From the NCBI RefSeq assembly GCF_013122565.1, contig NZ_CP053258.1: a DNA stretch of 64,000 bases; one strand, 5' to 3'. Made by a program: the position numbers and the translations under genes. This document shows positions 41,904-53,323 of this stretch, in pieces. This DNA comes from Escherichia coli. Lineage in GTDB: Bacteria > Pseudomonadota > Gammaproteobacteria > Enterobacterales > Enterobacteriaceae. Under the pieces are notes generated by a model. The model saw nothing but the letters and a program-made list of their open reading frames with translations. It did no database searches and was not told the origin of the DNA. Each line of letters starts with the position of its first letter. Position 1 is the stretch's first letter.

Positions 41904-42222
41904 GCTTTCCCCATCTTACTTAGTCTGTCAGGCGTGGTCAGTCGCACCGGACACAATACATGATTCTGCGGTTGGCTATCGGCAAGCGTGGAGTTTAACT
42001 TGAGCATCATTAAGCACATCACAGTAACCGCTGATCATAGCAAACCCTCTGAAGGCGGAATATCAGCAAATTCCTGGAGTTATTTCAACCTATTGACTTT
42101 TAATTTGATTTGAGGACGATTATTTATTAAGTTACATAAATGTAAATAACATGCAATTCACATTGCCGAAAGCGTGTCCGATATCGCACAATAACCGCTG
42201 ATTTCACAGCATAGATCCCACG

Positions 42223-42783
42223 ATGAGCAAATCATTACAAAAACCCACCATTCTGAATGTTGAAACTGTAGCCCGTTCCCGACTGTTTACCGTCGAAAGC
42301 GTGGATCTGGAGTTCAGCAATGGCGTGCGGCGTGTTTATGAACGAATGCGTCCAACCAACCGGGAAGCAGTGATGATTGTGCCGATTGTGGACGATCACC
42401 TGATCCTGATCCGCGAATACGCAGTGGGAACTGAATCCTACGAATTAGGTTTTTCGAAAGGATTAATTGATCCGGGTGAAAGCGTCTTCGAAGCCGCGAA
42501 CCGCGAGCTAAAAGAAGAGGTTGGATTTGGTGCGAACGATCTGACTTTTTTGAAGAAGCTCAGCATGGCACCGTCTTACTTTTCCAGCAAAATGAATATC
42601 GTGGTAGCGCAAGATCTCTACCCGGAATCACTGGAAGGCGATGAGCCAGAGCCGCTACCACAGGTGCGCTGGCCGCTGGCGCATATGATGGATTTGCTGG
42701 AAGACCCTGACTTCAACGAAGCGCGTAATGTCAGCGCGCTGTTCCTCGTGCGCGAATGGTTGAAAGGGCAGGGGCGAGTGTAA
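42223..42783 (+). CDS. nudE: ADP-sugar diphosphatase NudE
   Basis: 186 aa; Nudix box ...NRELKEEVG... Confidence 0.95.
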   Translation: MSKSLQKPTILNVETVARSRLFTVESVDLEFSNGVRRVYERMRPTNREAVMIVPIVDDHLILIREYAVGTESYELGFSKGLIDPGESVFEAANRELKEEVGFGANDLTFLKKLSMAPSYFSSKMNIVVAQDLYPESLEGDEPEPLPQVRWPLAHMMDLLEDPDFNEARNVSALFLVREWLKGQGRV

Positions 42784-42796
42784 ATGCGTGAAGTTT

Positions 42797-42892
42797 GCCT
42801 GATGCACAATGTTTATCAGGCTTATGGGGTTTCTGCAATTTATTGAGTTTTCACGATTTTGTTAGCCGGATAACGCGTTCACCCGTATCCGG
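42797..42892. repeat. two REP-like palindromes (gcctgatgcacaatgtttatcaggc; gccggataacgcgttcacccgtatccggc)
   Basis: Inverted repeats read from the sequence. Confidence 0.6.
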
Positions 42893-42921
42893 CATAAACA
42901 AGTGCACTTTGTCAGCAAACT

Positions 42922-42946
42922 GAAAAGGCGTCGAAGCGCCTTTTTA
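42922..42946. terminator. hairpin aaaaggcgtcgaagcgccttttt downstream of mrcA
   Basis: Stem-loop with flanking A/T runs. Confidence 0.6.
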
Positions 42947-42947
42947 A

Positions 42948-45500
42948 TCAGAACAATTCCTGTGCCTCGCCATTATCGATAATGGTCGTTCCCACCTCGT
43001 GCACCGCCTGTTGTGTCGGCTGCGTACCTTCGATGAAATACTCTTCGCGGCTGTTGCCACCATTAGCTAACTGCCCGGTGCTGCGATCGATATTCACCGT
43101 CACAATACCCGGTGGCGGCGTCAGCGGTTGTTCCGGCACACCTTCAAGAACGACTTTCATATAAGCGTCCCATGCAGGCTGGGCACTCTTGGCACCGCCT
43201 TCGTAACCTGAGATCTGATCTTTAATCGCTCCGGAAGCCGTTGTATGACCGAGATTACGACGGTGATCATCAAAGCCAATCCAGACCGAGGTCACAACGC
43301 CCGGACCGTAACCCGAGAACCACGCATCTTTCGAACTGTTAGTGGTCCCGGTTTTCCCGCCGATATCGCGACGCTGCAAATCACGACCTGCACGCCAGCC
43401 GGTACCCTGCCAGCCTGGTTCACCAAAAATATTGGTGTTCAAAGCACTCTTAATCAGGAATGCCAGCGGAGTGTTGATGACGTGCGGTGCGTACTCCTGC
43501 GCGCCAGTCTTCGCCACTAACGCCTGATTTGCCTGCTCCAGCTGCGGCATTGGTACAGAAACATTCTGCTGCTCGCGGGAGATAGCGACATCTTCAACAT
43601 CGTTATTTTCCAGCACGTTCGATTTCTGCGTATCACCGTAAATCACTGGAATATCGCATTCCGGGCAGGCTACTTTCGGTTTCGCTTCGAAAATCACGCC
43701 ACCCTGATCGTTTTCAATTTTGCTGATAAACCACGGGTCCACCAGGAAGCCGCCGTTCGCCATGACCGCGTAGCCGCGCGCCACCTGCATTGGGGTGAAG
43801 GACGCTGAACCCAGCGCCAGCGATTCGGTGTGGACAATGTTTTGTGCCGGGAAGCCGAAGCGTTGCAGATATTCTGCAGCGTAGTCGACGCCCATCGCCC
43901 GCATTGCGCGTACCATCACCACGTTTTTCGACTGACCCAGCCCCTGACGTAAGCGAATTGGACCGGCATATTGTGGCGGCGAGTTCTTCGGCTGCCAGTC
44001 AGAACCGGCACCTGCATCCCAGCGGGAAATTGGCACATCGTTCAACATACTTGCCAGCGTCAGACCTTTATCCATCGCCGCGGTGTAGAGGAACGGTTTG
44101 ATGTTGGAACCCACCTGACGCAGTGCCTGGGTGGCGCGGTTAAACTTGCTCTGATTGAAATCAAAGCCACCGACCAGCGCCATAACGGCACCATTTTGCG
44201 GATTGATCGACACCAGCGCCGAGTTCACTTCCGGCACTTGTGCCAGCCACCATGCATCGCCGACCTGACGAACCCAGATTTGCTGTCCCGTTTGCAGAAC
44301 ATCGGTCACTTTACGCGGCGTCGGTCCCTGCTGAGTATCCGAACGGTAAGGACGCGCCCAGCGAACGCCGTCCATACTCAATGCGACAGTCGACCCGTCC
44401 GCCAGCATTGCCGTCGCTTCCTGAGGATTGGCGCTGGTGACTGCGGCAGGCAGCAGCGGACCATAGGTCGGCAGCGCCTTCAGCGTATCGGTAATCTTGT
44501 TGTTATCCCACGCCGACTCGCCCACTTTCCACAGCACATTTGCCGGGCCGCGATAGCCGTGGCGCATGTCGTAGTCCAGCACGTTATTACGTACCGCCTG
44601 CTGCGCGGCCTGCTGCACTTTGCGGGTGATGGTGGTGTAAATGCGATAACCGTCTTCATAGGCGCTTTCGCCATAACGGTTATACATCTCCTGGCGCACC
44701 ATTTCGCTCAGGTACGGCGCAGAGAAAGCAATCTCCGGCGCGTGATAGTTAGCGTTAATCGCCTCAGTGCGTGTCTGATCGAACTGTTGTTGGGTGATAT
44801 ACCCTTCATCCAGCATCCGCGACAGCACGACGTTACGCCGCGCGACGGCACGATCCATCGAGTAGAGCGGGTTGAAGGTGGAAGGCGCTTTCGGCAGCCC
44901 GGCTATCACCGCCATTTCGTTCAGCGTCAGTTGGTCGACCGTTTTTCCGAAATAGACTTGTGCCGCAGCACCGACACCATAGGCGCGGTAACCAAGGTAA
45001 ATCTTGTTCAGATAAAGCTCGAGGATCTCGTCTTTCGTCAGCAGCTGTTCAATGCGAATCGCGAGGAAGACTTCCTTAATCTTACGCATCAGCGTGCGTT
45101 CTGGACTGAGGAAGAAGTTTCTCGCCAGCTGCTGGGTAATGGTACTTGCCCCTTGTGACGCGTGACCGGAGAACAGCGCCACGCTTGCTGCACGGAAGAT
45201 CCCCACCGGGTCAACGCCGTGATGCTCGTAGAAGCGGCTGTCTTCTGTCGCGATAAAGGCTTTCACCATCTCCGGTGGGATTTGATCCAACGTAACCGGA
45301 ATACGACGTTTCTCACCGTATTGAGCAATCAGCTCGCCATCGGCGCTGTAAATCTGCATCGGAATTTGCAGGCGAACATCTTTTAATGTCGCCACATCCG
45401 GCAGTTGTGGCTCGATGTAGCGGTATAGGCCATAAATCGAGCCTGCTCCCAGCAGAATGCAACAGACTGCAAGGATCAAAAAATACTTTACGAACTTCAC
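42948..45500 (-). CDS. mrcA: penicillin-binding protein 1A
   Basis: 850 aa if the GTG start (VKFVKYFL...) is used; an upstream in-frame ATG would give 858 aa. Confidence 0.95.
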   Translation of the reverse strand: MKFVKYFLILAVCCILLGAGSIYGLYRYIEPQLPDVATLKDVRLQIPMQIYSADGELIAQYGEKRRIPVTLDQIPPEMVKAFIATEDSRFYEHHGVDPVGIFRAASVALFSGHASQGASTITQQLARNFFLSPERTLMRKIKEVFLAIRIEQLLTKDEILELYLNKIYLGYRAYGVGAAAQVYFGKTVDQLTLNEMAVIAGLPKAPSTFNPLYSMDRAVARRNVVLSRMLDEGYITQQQFDQTRTEAINANYHAPEIAFSAPYLSEMVRQEMYNRYGESAYEDGYRIYTTITRKVQQAAQQAVRNNVLDYDMRHGYRGPANVLWKVGESAWDNNKITDTLKALPTYGPLLPAAVTSANPQEATAMLADGSTVALSMDGVRWARPYRSDTQQGPTPRKVTDVLQTGQQIWVRQVGDAWWLAQVPEVNSALVSINPQNGAVMALVGGFDFNQSKFNRATQALRQVGSNIKPFLYTAAMDKGLTLASMLNDVPISRWDAGAGSDWQPKNSPPQYAGPIRLRQGLGQSKNVVMVRAMRAMGVDYAAEYLQRFGFPAQNIVHTESLALGSASFTPMQVARGYAVMANGGFLVDPWFISKIENDQGGVIFEAKPKVACPECDIPVIYGDTQKSNVLENNDVEDVAISREQQNVSVPMPQLEQANQALVAKTGAQEYAPHVINTPLAFLIKSALNTNIFGEPGWQGTGWRAGRDLQRRDIGGKTGTTNSSKDAWFSGYGPGVVTSVWIGFDDHRRNLGHTTASGAIKDQISGYEGGAKSAQPAWDAYMKVVLEGVPEQPLTPPPGIVTVNIDRSTGQLANGGNSREEYFIEGTQPTQQAVHEVGTTIIDNGEAQELF

Positions 45501-45619
45501 TGGAAATTTCCCATTTAGTTTCATTTGGGCAGTTTATAAACAAACGCGCGGTAGTATAAAGGCAAGCCAGACGCATTGATATACCCGTCAGAGTGACGGG
45601 TGATAAGGAGATCATCACA

Positions 45620-46399
45620 ATGGCATTTAAGATCTGGCAAATTGGTTTGCATTTACAACAGCAAGAAGCGGTAGCGGTTGCGATCGTGCGGGACGCAAAA
45701 GAATGCTTTTTGCAACGCTGGTGGCGGTTGCCGTTGGCGCACGACATTATCAAAGATGGGCGGATTGTTGATGCGCAGCGGCTGGCTAAAACGTTGTTAC
45801 CGTGGAGTCGCGAACTGCCGCAGCGCCATCACATCATGTTGGCGTTTCCCGCCAGTCGCACATTACAGCGGTCATTTCCGCGCCCGTCGATGTCCCTCGG
45901 TGAGCGGGAGCAAACGGCCTGGCTTTCCGGGACGATGGCCCGCGAGCTGGATATGGATCCGGACTCCCTGCGCTTCGATTACAGCGAAGACTCACTCAGT
46001 CCCGCCTATAACGTGACTGCCGCGCAAAGCAAAGAGCTGGCAACGCTGCTTACTCTGGCAGAAAGGTTGCGTGTTCATGTTAGTGCGATCACCCCGGATG
46101 CCAGTGCATTACAGCGATTCCTGCCTTTTTTACCTTCTCATCAGCAATGTCTGGCCTGGCGTGATAACGAACAGTGGCTGTGGGCGACGCGCTATCGCTG
46201 GGGGCGCAAACTGGCGGTGGGGATGACTAGCGCGAAGGAGCTGGCGGCAGCGTTATCCGTTGATCCCGAAAGCGTCGCGATATGTGGCGAAGGCGGATTT
46301 GATCCCTGGGAGGCCGTTTCTGTTCGTCAGCCGCCGTTACCGCCGCCAGGTGGAGACTTTGCCATCGCGCTGGGGCTGGCGCTTGGGAAGGCGTACTGA
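45620..46399 (+). CDS. hofM: PilM-like pilus assembly ATPase-fold protein HofM
   Basis: MAFKIWQIGL...; 259 aa. Confidence 0.9.
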   Translation: MAFKIWQIGLHLQQQEAVAVAIVRDAKECFLQRWWRLPLAHDIIKDGRIVDAQRLAKTLLPWSRELPQRHHIMLAFPASRTLQRSFPRPSMSLGEREQTAWLSGTMARELDMDPDSLRFDYSEDSLSPAYNVTAAQSKELATLLTLAERLRVHVSAITPDASALQRFLPFLPSHQQCLAWRDNEQWLWATRYRWGRKLAVGMTSAKELAAALSVDPESVAICGEGGFDPWEAVSVRQPPLPPPGGDFAIALGLALGKAY

Positions 46400-46938
46400 T
46401 GAACCCGCCAATTAATTTTTTGCCCTGGCGACAGCAACGCCGGACCGCTTTTCTTCGTTTCTGGTTGCTGATGTTCGTTGCGCCTCTGCTGCTGGCCGTC
46501 GGGATAACGCTAATACTGCGTCTGACAAGCAGCGCCGAAGCGCGCATAGACGCCGTTTTGCTTCAGGCGGAACAACAACTCGCCCGCAGCTTACAGATAA
46601 CGAAACCACGTTTGCTGGAGCAACAGCAGTTACGCGAACAGCGTTTGCAACGGCAGCGCCAGCGACAATTTACCCGCGACTGGCAATCTGAGCTGGAAGC
46701 ACTGGCGGCGCTTTTACCCGAGCACGCCTGGCTGACAACGATAAGCTGGCAGCAGGGAACGCTGGAGATCAAGGGGCTGACAACAAGCATTACCGCGTTA
46801 AACGCACTAGAAACGTCACTCCGCCAGGATGCTTCTTTTCATCTCAATCAGCGGGGGGCCACGCAGCAGGATGCGCAGGGACGCTGGCAATTTGAGTATC
46901 AGTTAACAAGGAAGGTTAGCGATGAACATGTTCTTTGA
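46399..46938 (+). CDS. hofN: PilN-like protein HofN
   Basis: 179 aa; N-terminal TM; start overlaps hofM stop. Confidence 0.9.
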   Translation: MNPPINFLPWRQQRRTAFLRFWLLMFVAPLLLAVGITLILRLTSSAEARIDAVLLQAEQQLARSLQITKPRLLEQQQLREQRLQRQRQRQFTRDWQSELEALAALLPEHAWLTTISWQQGTLEIKGLTTSITALNALETSLRQDASFHLNQRGATQQDAQGRWQFEYQLTRKVSDEHVL

Positions 46939-47362
46939 CTGGTGGTTCGCCACATCACCCCGCCTCCGCCAGTTTTGCTGGGCATTCTGGTTGCTGATGT
47001 TAGTTACGCTCATTTTTCTGTCATCGACACACCATGAAGAGCGCGACGCATTAATTCGACTACGGGCAAGTCATCACCAGCAGTGGGCCGCACTGTATCG
47101 CCTGGTAGACACCACTCCCTTCAGCGAGGAAAAAACGCTGCCCTTTTCGCCTCTGGATTTTCAGTTATCCGGCGCGCAACTGGTTTCCTGGCATCCATCC
47201 GCGCAGGGAGGTGAGTTGGCGTTGAAAACGCTGTGGGAAGCAGTGCCGTCGGCATTTACACGGCTGGCAGAGCGCAACGTCAGCGTGAGCCGTTTTTCGT
47301 TAAGCGTGGAAGGTGATGATCTTTTGTTCACGCTACAACTGGAGACGCCGCATGAGGGTTAA
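46922..47362 (+). CDS. hofO: PilO-like protein HofO
   Basis: 146 aa. Confidence 0.88.
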   Translation: MNMFFDWWFATSPRLRQFCWAFWLLMLVTLIFLSSTHHEERDALIRLRASHHQQWAALYRLVDTTPFSEEKTLPFSPLDFQLSGAQLVSWHPSAQGGELALKTLWEAVPSAFTRLAERNVSVSRFSLSVEGDDLLFTLQLETPHEG

Positions 47363-47756
47363 ACGCTGGTTGTTGGCAGGTATTGCATTGTGCCTTTTAA
47401 CCGGTATGCGTGACCCTTTTAAACCGCCGGAAGATCTATGCCGGATTAGCGAACTTAGCCAGTGGCGCTATCAGGGGATGGTAGGGCGAGGCGAGCGCAT
47501 CATCGGTGTAATAAAAGACGGGCAAAAGAAATGGCGACGGGTGCAGCAAAACGATGTGCTGGAAAACGGCTGGACAATTTTACAGCTGACGCCAGACGTA
47601 CTAACGCTGGGTACCGGGACAAACTGCGAACCGCCACAATGGTTGTGGCAACGGCAAGGAGATACAAATGAAGCAATGGATAGCCGCACTACTGTTGATG
47701 CTGATACCCGGCGTACAGGCGGCAAAGCCGCAAAAAGTGACGCTGATGGTGGATGA
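47352..47756 (+). CDS. hofP: PilP-like lipoprotein HofP
   Basis: MRVKRWLLAGIALCLLTGMRD lipobox-like; 134 aa. Confidence 0.85.
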   Translation: MRVKRWLLAGIALCLLTGMRDPFKPPEDLCRISELSQWRYQGMVGRGERIIGVIKDGQKKWRRVQQNDVLENGWTILQLTPDVLTLGTGTNCEPPQWLWQRQGDTNEAMDSRTTVDADTRRTGGKAAKSDADGG

Positions 47757-48906
47757 CGTTCCGGTAGCTCAGGTGTTGCAGGCGCTGGCTGAACAGGAGA
47801 AGTTGAACCTGGTCGTGTCGCCAGACGTCAGCGGTACGGTGTCGTTACATCTAACAGATGTTCCCTGGAAGCAGGCACTACAAACTGTAGTGAAAAGCGC
47901 CGGACTGATAACGCGGCAGGAAGGCAACATTCTCTCAGTGCATTCCATTGCCTGGCAGAATAACAATATCGCCCGCCAGGAGGCGGAGCAGGCGCGGGCG
48001 CAGGCAAATCTGCCGCTGGAAAATCGCAGTATAACCCTGCAATACGCCGACGCGGGAGAACTGGCGAAAGCGGGGGAGAAGCTACTGAGTGCCAAAGGGA
48101 GTATGACCGTCGATAAACGCACCAATCGCCTTTTGCTACGAGATAACAAAACGGCGTTAAGCGCGCTTGAACAGTGGGTAGCGCAAATGGATCTGCCGGT
48201 CGGGCAGGTTGAGCTGTCGGCGCATATTGTCACCATTAATGAAAAAAGTTTGCGTGAGTTAGGCGTGAAATGGACGCTGGCCGATGCGCAACACGCTGGT
48301 GGCGTTGGGCAAGTCACCACGCTTGGTAGCGACCTCTCCGTAGCGACGGCGACAACGCATGTCGGTTTTAACATTGGGCGCATCAACGGACGTTTGCTGG
48401 ATCTTGAGCTTTCCGCGCTCGAACAAAAACAGCAGCTGGATATTATCGCCAGTCCGCGTCTGCTGGCCTCACATCTTCAGCCTGCCAGCATTAAACAGGG
48501 GAGCGAAATTCCATATCAGGTTTCCAGCGGGGAAAGTGGCGCGACGTCGGTGGAATTTAAAGAGGCCGTCCTGGGGATGGAGGTCACGCCCACGGTGTTA
48601 CAAAAAGGTCGCATCCGGCTGAAATTACACATCAGCCAGAACGTTCCGGGGCAGGTGCTACAGCAGGCCGATGGCGAAGTGCTGGCGATTGATAAGCAGG
48701 AGATCGAAACGCAGGTCGAGGTCAAAAGCGGAGAAACGTTGGCGCTGGGCGGCATTTTTACCCGTAAAAATAAATCGGGTCAGGATAGCGTACCGTTGCT
48801 TGGCGACATTCCCTGGTTCGGGCAATTATTTCGTCATGACGGAAAAGAAGATGAACGACGCGAGTTAGTGGTGTTTATCACGCCACGACTGGTTTCCAGT
48901 GAGTAA
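47668..48906 (+). CDS. hofQ: secretin HofQ
   Basis: 412 aa; signal peptide; secretin C-domain. Confidence 0.93.
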   Translation: MKQWIAALLLMLIPGVQAAKPQKVTLMVDDVPVAQVLQALAEQEKLNLVVSPDVSGTVSLHLTDVPWKQALQTVVKSAGLITRQEGNILSVHSIAWQNNNIARQEAEQARAQANLPLENRSITLQYADAGELAKAGEKLLSAKGSMTVDKRTNRLLLRDNKTALSALEQWVAQMDLPVGQVELSAHIVTINEKSLRELGVKWTLADAQHAGGVGQVTTLGSDLSVATATTHVGFNIGRINGRLLDLELSALEQKQQLDIIASPRLLASHLQPASIKQGSEIPYQVSSGESGATSVEFKEAVLGMEVTPTVLQKGRIRLKLHISQNVPGQVLQQADGEVLAIDKQEIETQVEVKSGETLALGGIFTRKNKSGQDSVPLLGDIPWFGQLFRHDGKEDERRELVVFITPRLVSSE

Positions 48907-49306
48907 ACAGCCGTAAAAGCGGTAATGTTTTTATGCTGAACGTGTTTCATCTATTTGACGCGCGCAGGTATTTAGCATACAAGGAGTACCGATTTGAGAG
49001 TTGGTGCTCTTCGCTGCCTGCGTTCCATGATGATGATTTATCATTCAGGCGGCATTTTGCTGTCTTTTTTACGCTAATCTTACCCGGTGATTTATCGCCA
49101 GAGCGGTGGTAGCAAGGCAGCGCGCTTGCAGCGACCAGATATGCAGAGGGATGGGTGATTTATTCAGTTGCCAAACCCGCTGGAGTATTGAGATAATTTT
49201 CAGTCTGACTCTCGCAATATCTTATGAGGTTTCAGTTCATGTCCTGCGGCGCTCTCTGAGCGAAGCGGGTTTATCATTAACGAATAGTCTTAGTAGTACC
49301 GAAAAA

Positions 49307-49828
49307 ATGGCAGAGAAACGCAATATCTTTCTGGTTGGGCCTATGGGTGCCGGAAAAAGCACTATTGGGCGCCAGTTAGCTCAACAACTCAATATGGAAT
49401 TTTACGATTCCGATCAAGAGATTGAGAAACGAACCGGAGCTGATGTGGGCTGGGTTTTCGATTTAGAAGGCGAAGAAGGCTTCCGCGATCGCGAAGAAAA
49501 GGTCATCAATGAGTTGACCGAGAAACAGGGTATTGTGCTGGCTACTGGCGGCGGCTCTGTGAAATCCCGTGAAACGCGTAACCGTCTTTCCGCTCGTGGC
49601 GTTGTCGTTTATCTTGAAACGACGATCGAAAAGCAACTTGCACGCACGCAGCGTGATAAAAAACGCCCGTTGCTGCATGTTGAAACACCGCCGCGTGAAG
49701 TTCTGGAAGCGTTGGCCAATGAACGCAATCCGCTGTATGAAGAGATTGCCGACGTGACCATTCGTACTGATGATCAAAGCGCTAAAGTGGTCGCTAACCA
49801 GATTATTCACATGCTGGAAAGCAACTAA
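49307..49828 (+). CDS. aroK: shikimate kinase I
   Basis: [19 protein letters not shown]; 173 aa (longest ORF overshoots upstream). Confidence 0.96.
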   Translation: MAEKRNIFLVGPMGAGKSTIGRQLAQQLNMEFYDSDQEIEKRTGADVGWVFDLEGEEGFRDREEKVINELTEKQGIVLATGGGSVKSRETRNRLSARGVVVYLETTIEKQLARTQRDKKRPLLHVETPPREVLEALANERNPLYEEIADVTIRTDDQSAKVVANQIIHMLESN

Positions 49829-49884
49829 TTCTGGCTTTATATACACTCGTCTGCGGGTACAGTAATTAAGGTGGATGTCGCGTT

Positions 49885-50973
49885 ATGGAGAGGATTGTCG
49901 TTACTCTCGGGGAACGTAGTTACCCAATTACCATCGCATCTGGTTTGTTTAATGAACCAGCTTCATTCTTACCGCTGAAATCGGGCGAGCAGGTCATGTT
50001 GGTCACCAACGAAACCCTGGCTCCTCTGTATCTCGATAAGGTCCGCGGCGTACTTGAACAGGCGGGTGTTAACGTCGATAGCGTTATCCTCCCTGACGGC
50101 GAGCAGTATAAAAGCCTGGCTGTACTCGATACCGTCTTTACGGCGTTGTTACAAAAGCCGCATGGTCGCGATACTACGCTGGTGGCGCTTGGCGGCGGCG
50201 TAGTGGGCGATCTGACCGGCTTCGCGGCGGCGAGTTATCAGCGCGGTGTCCGTTTCATTCAAGTCCCGACGACATTACTGTCGCAGGTCGATTCCTCCGT
50301 TGGCGGCAAAACTGCGGTCAACCATCCCCTCGGTAAAAACATGATTGGCGCGTTCTACCAGCCTGCTTCAGTGGTGGTAGATCTCGACTGTCTGAAAACG
50401 CTTCCCCCGCGTGAGTTAGCGTCGGGGCTGGCAGAAGTCATCAAATACGGCATTATTCTTGACGGTGCGTTTTTTAACTGGCTGGAAGAGAATCTGGATG
50501 CGTTGTTGCGTCTGGACGGTCCGGCAATGGCGTACTGTATTCGCCGTTGTTGTGAACTGAAGGCAGAAGTTGTCGCCGCCGACGAGCGCGAAACCGGGTT
50601 ACGTGCTTTACTGAATCTGGGACACACCTTTGGTCATGCCATTGAAGCTGAAATGGGGTATGGCAATTGGTTACATGGTGAAGCGGTCGCTGCGGGTATG
50701 GTGATGGCGGCGCGGACGTCGGAACGTCTCGGGCAGTTTAGTTCTGCCGAAACGCAGCGTATTATAACCCTGCTCACGCGGGCTGGGTTACCGGTCAATG
50801 GACCGCGCGAAATGTCCGCGCAGGCGTATTTACCGCATATGCTGCGTGACAAGAAAGTCCTTGCGGGAGAGATGCGCTTAATTCTTCCGTTGGCAATTGG
50901 TAAGAGTGAAGTTCGCAGCGGCGTTTCGCACGAGCTTGTTCTTAACGCCATTGCCGATTGTCAATCAGCGTAA
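49885..50973 (+). CDS. aroB: 3-dehydroquinate synthase
   Basis: 362 aa. Confidence 0.97.
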
Positions 50974-51064
50974 CAACAAGAAAGGTCAGGCCGCTTATCA
51001 AGCGGTCTATTAGCTTCAGGTTAATTGCAACGTGGTAAGCATTAACCTTTTAGTGGGGTGTTAA

Positions 51065-52363
51065 ATGGATGAATTCAAACCAGAAGACGAGCTGAAACCC
51101 GATCCCAGCGATCGTCGTACTGGTCGTTCTCGTCAATCTTCTGAACGTTCTGAGCGTACTGAACGTGGCGAACCGCAGATAAATTTTGATGATATTGAAC
51201 TTGATGACACTGACGATCGCCGTCCGACTCGTGCGCAAAAAGAGCGTAATGAGGAACCGGAAATCGAAGAAGAAATTGACGAATCCGAAGATGAAACCGT
51301 GGATGAAGAGCGTGTAGAGCGTCGTCCGCGTAAGCGCAAAAAAGCAGCCAGTAAACCCGCTTCTCGTCAGTATATGATGATGGGCGTCGGCATTCTGGTT
51401 CTATTGCTGTTGATCATCGGTATCGGTTCTGCGCTAAAAGCCCCCTCGACCTCTTCCAGCGATCAAACCGCGTCTGGCGAGAAGAGTATTGATCTTGCAG
51501 GCAATGCGACCGATCAGGCGAATGGCGTGCAGCCAGCGCCGGGAACCACGTCTGCGGAAAATACTCAGCAGGATGTTTCTCTGCCGCCGATCTCTTCTAC
51601 GCCGACTCAAGGGCAAACTCCGGCAGCAACAGATGGTCAACAACGTGTTGAAGTGCAGGGTGACCTGAACAATGCGCTGACCCAGCCACAAAATCAGCAA
51701 CAGCTGAACAATGTAGCGGTCAATTCGACATTGCCGACCGAACCCGCAACGGTTGCGCCTGTTCGCAATGGCAATGCATCGCGTGACACGGCGAAAACGC
51801 AAAACGCTGAACGTCCGACCACCACGCGTCCGGAGCGTCAGCAGGCAGTGATTGAACCGAAAAAACCGCAAGCAACCGTGAAAACGGAGCCGAAGCCGGT
51901 AGCACAGACGCCGAAGCGTACTGAACCAGCTGCTCCTGTGGCGAGCACGAAGGCACCGGCTGCGACTTCTACGCCAGCCGCAACGCCAGCACCAAAAGAG
52001 ACGGCGACTACGGCCCCAGTACAGGCGGCGTCTCCGGCGCAAACCACGGCAACACCAGCCGCTGGAGGGAAGACCGCAGGTAATGTTGGTTCGTTGAAAT
52101 CGGCACCGTCCAGCCATTACACTCTGCAGCTGAGCAGTTCCTCTAACTACGACAACCTGAACGGTTGGGCGAAGAAAGAGAATCTGAAAAACTACGTTGT
52201 CTATGAAACGACGCGTAATGGTCAGCCGTGGTATGTCCTGGTTTCTGGCGTGTACGCTTCGAAAGAAGAGGCGAAAAAAGCGGTATCTACATTGCCAGCA
52301 GATGTCCAGGCCAAAAACCCGTGGGCGAAACCGCTGCGTCAGGTACAGGCCGATCTGAAGTAA
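51065..52363 (+). CDS. damX: cell-division protein DamX (SPOR domain)
   Basis: Acidic N-terminus, TM, Pro/Thr/Ala-rich linker, C-terminal SPOR. Confidence 0.93.
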   Translation: MDEFKPEDELKPDPSDRRTGRSRQSSERSERTERGEPQINFDDIELDDTDDRRPTRAQKERNEEPEIEEEIDESEDETVDEERVERRPRKRKKAASKPASRQYMMMGVGILVLLLLIIGIGSALKAPSTSSSDQTASGEKSIDLAGNATDQANGVQPAPGTTSAENTQQDVSLPPISSTPTQGQTPAATDGQQRVEVQGDLNNALTQPQNQQQLNNVAVNSTLPTEPATVAPVRNGNASRDTAKTQNAERPTTTRPERQQAVIEPKKPQATVKTEPKPVAQTPKRTEPAAPVASTKAPAATSTPAATPAPKETATTAPVQAASPAQTTATPAAGGKTAGNVGSLKSAPSSHYTLQLSSSSNYDNLNGWAKKENLKNYVVYETTRNGQPWYVLVSGVYASKEEAKKAVSTLPADVQAKNPWAKPLRQVQADLK

Positions 52364-52469
52364 TCAAGGTTATCTCCCGCAATGGTTTATCGTTGCGGGA
52401 GTTGCCTGAAGCGCTGGATGCTGTCGGAGCTTTCTCCACAGCCGGAGAAGGTGTAATTAGTTAGTCAGC

Positions 52470-53306
52470 ATGAAGAAAAATCGCGCTTTTTTGAAGTGGG
52501 CAGGGGGCAAGTATCCCCTGCTTGATGATATTAAACGGCATTTGCCCAAGGGCGAATGTCTGGTTGAGCCTTTTGTAGGTGCCGGGTCGGTGTTTCTCAA
52601 CACCGACTTTTCTCGTTATATCCTTGCCGATATCAATAGCGACCTGATCAGTCTCTATAACATTGTGAAGATGCGTACTGATGAGTACGTACAGGCCGCA
52701 CGCGAGCTGTTTGTTCCCGAAACAAATTGCGCCGAGGTTTACTATCAGTTCCGCGAAGAGTTCAACAAAAGCCAGGATCCGTTCCGTCGGGCGGTACTGT
52801 TTTTATATTTGAACCGCTACGGTTACAACGGCCTGTGTCGTTACAATCTGCGCGGTGAGTTTAATGTGCCGTTTGGCCGCTACAAAAAACCCTATTTCCC
52901 GGAAGCAGAGTTGTATCACTTCGCTGAAAAAGCGCAGAATGCCTTTTTCTATTGTGAGTCTTACGCCGATAGCATGGCGCGCGCAGATGATGCATCTGTC
53001 GTCTATTGCGATCCGCCTTATGCACCGCTGACTGCGACCGCCAACTTTACGGCGTATCACACAAACAGTTTTACGCTTGAACAACAAGCGCATCTGGCGG
53101 AGATCGCCGAAGGTCTGGTTGATCGCCATATTCCAGTGCTGATCTCCAATCACGATACGATGTTAACGCGTGAGTGGTATCAGCGCGCAAAATTGCATGT
53201 CGTCAAAGTTCGACGCAGTATAAGCAGCAACGGCGGCACACGTAAAAAGGTGGACGAACTGCTGGCTTTGTACAAACCAGGAGTCGTTTCACCCGCGAAA
53301 AAATAA
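52470..53306 (+). CDS. dam: DNA adenine (GATC) methyltransferase
   Basis: 278 aa; DPPY motif. Confidence 0.97.
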   Translation: MKKNRAFLKWAGGKYPLLDDIKRHLPKGECLVEPFVGAGSVFLNTDFSRYILADINSDLISLYNIVKMRTDEYVQAARELFVPETNCAEVYYQFREEFNKSQDPFRRAVLFLYLNRYGYNGLCRYNLRGEFNVPFGRYKKPYFPEAELYHFAEKAQNAFFYCESYADSMARADDASVVYCDPPYAPLTATANFTAYHTNSFTLEQQAHLAEIAEGLVDRHIPVLISNHDTMLTREWYQRAKLHVVKVRRSISSNGGTRKKVDELLALYKPGVVSPAKK

Positions 53307-53323
53307 TTCTCAAGGAGAAGCGG

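Noticed and set aside
43971-45158. 395-aa plus-strand ORF inside mrcA
   Set aside because: Antisense to PBP1a coding sequence; shadow ORF.
49106-49306. 5' extension of aroK (240-aa longest ORF)
   Set aside because: Known AroK begins [19 protein letters not shown] with a good RBS; the upstream extension is untranslated leader.
51434-52117. 227-aa minus-strand Arg/Cys-rich ORF inside damX
   Set aside because: Antisense to the low-complexity DamX linker; an artefact of repetitive GC-rich codons.
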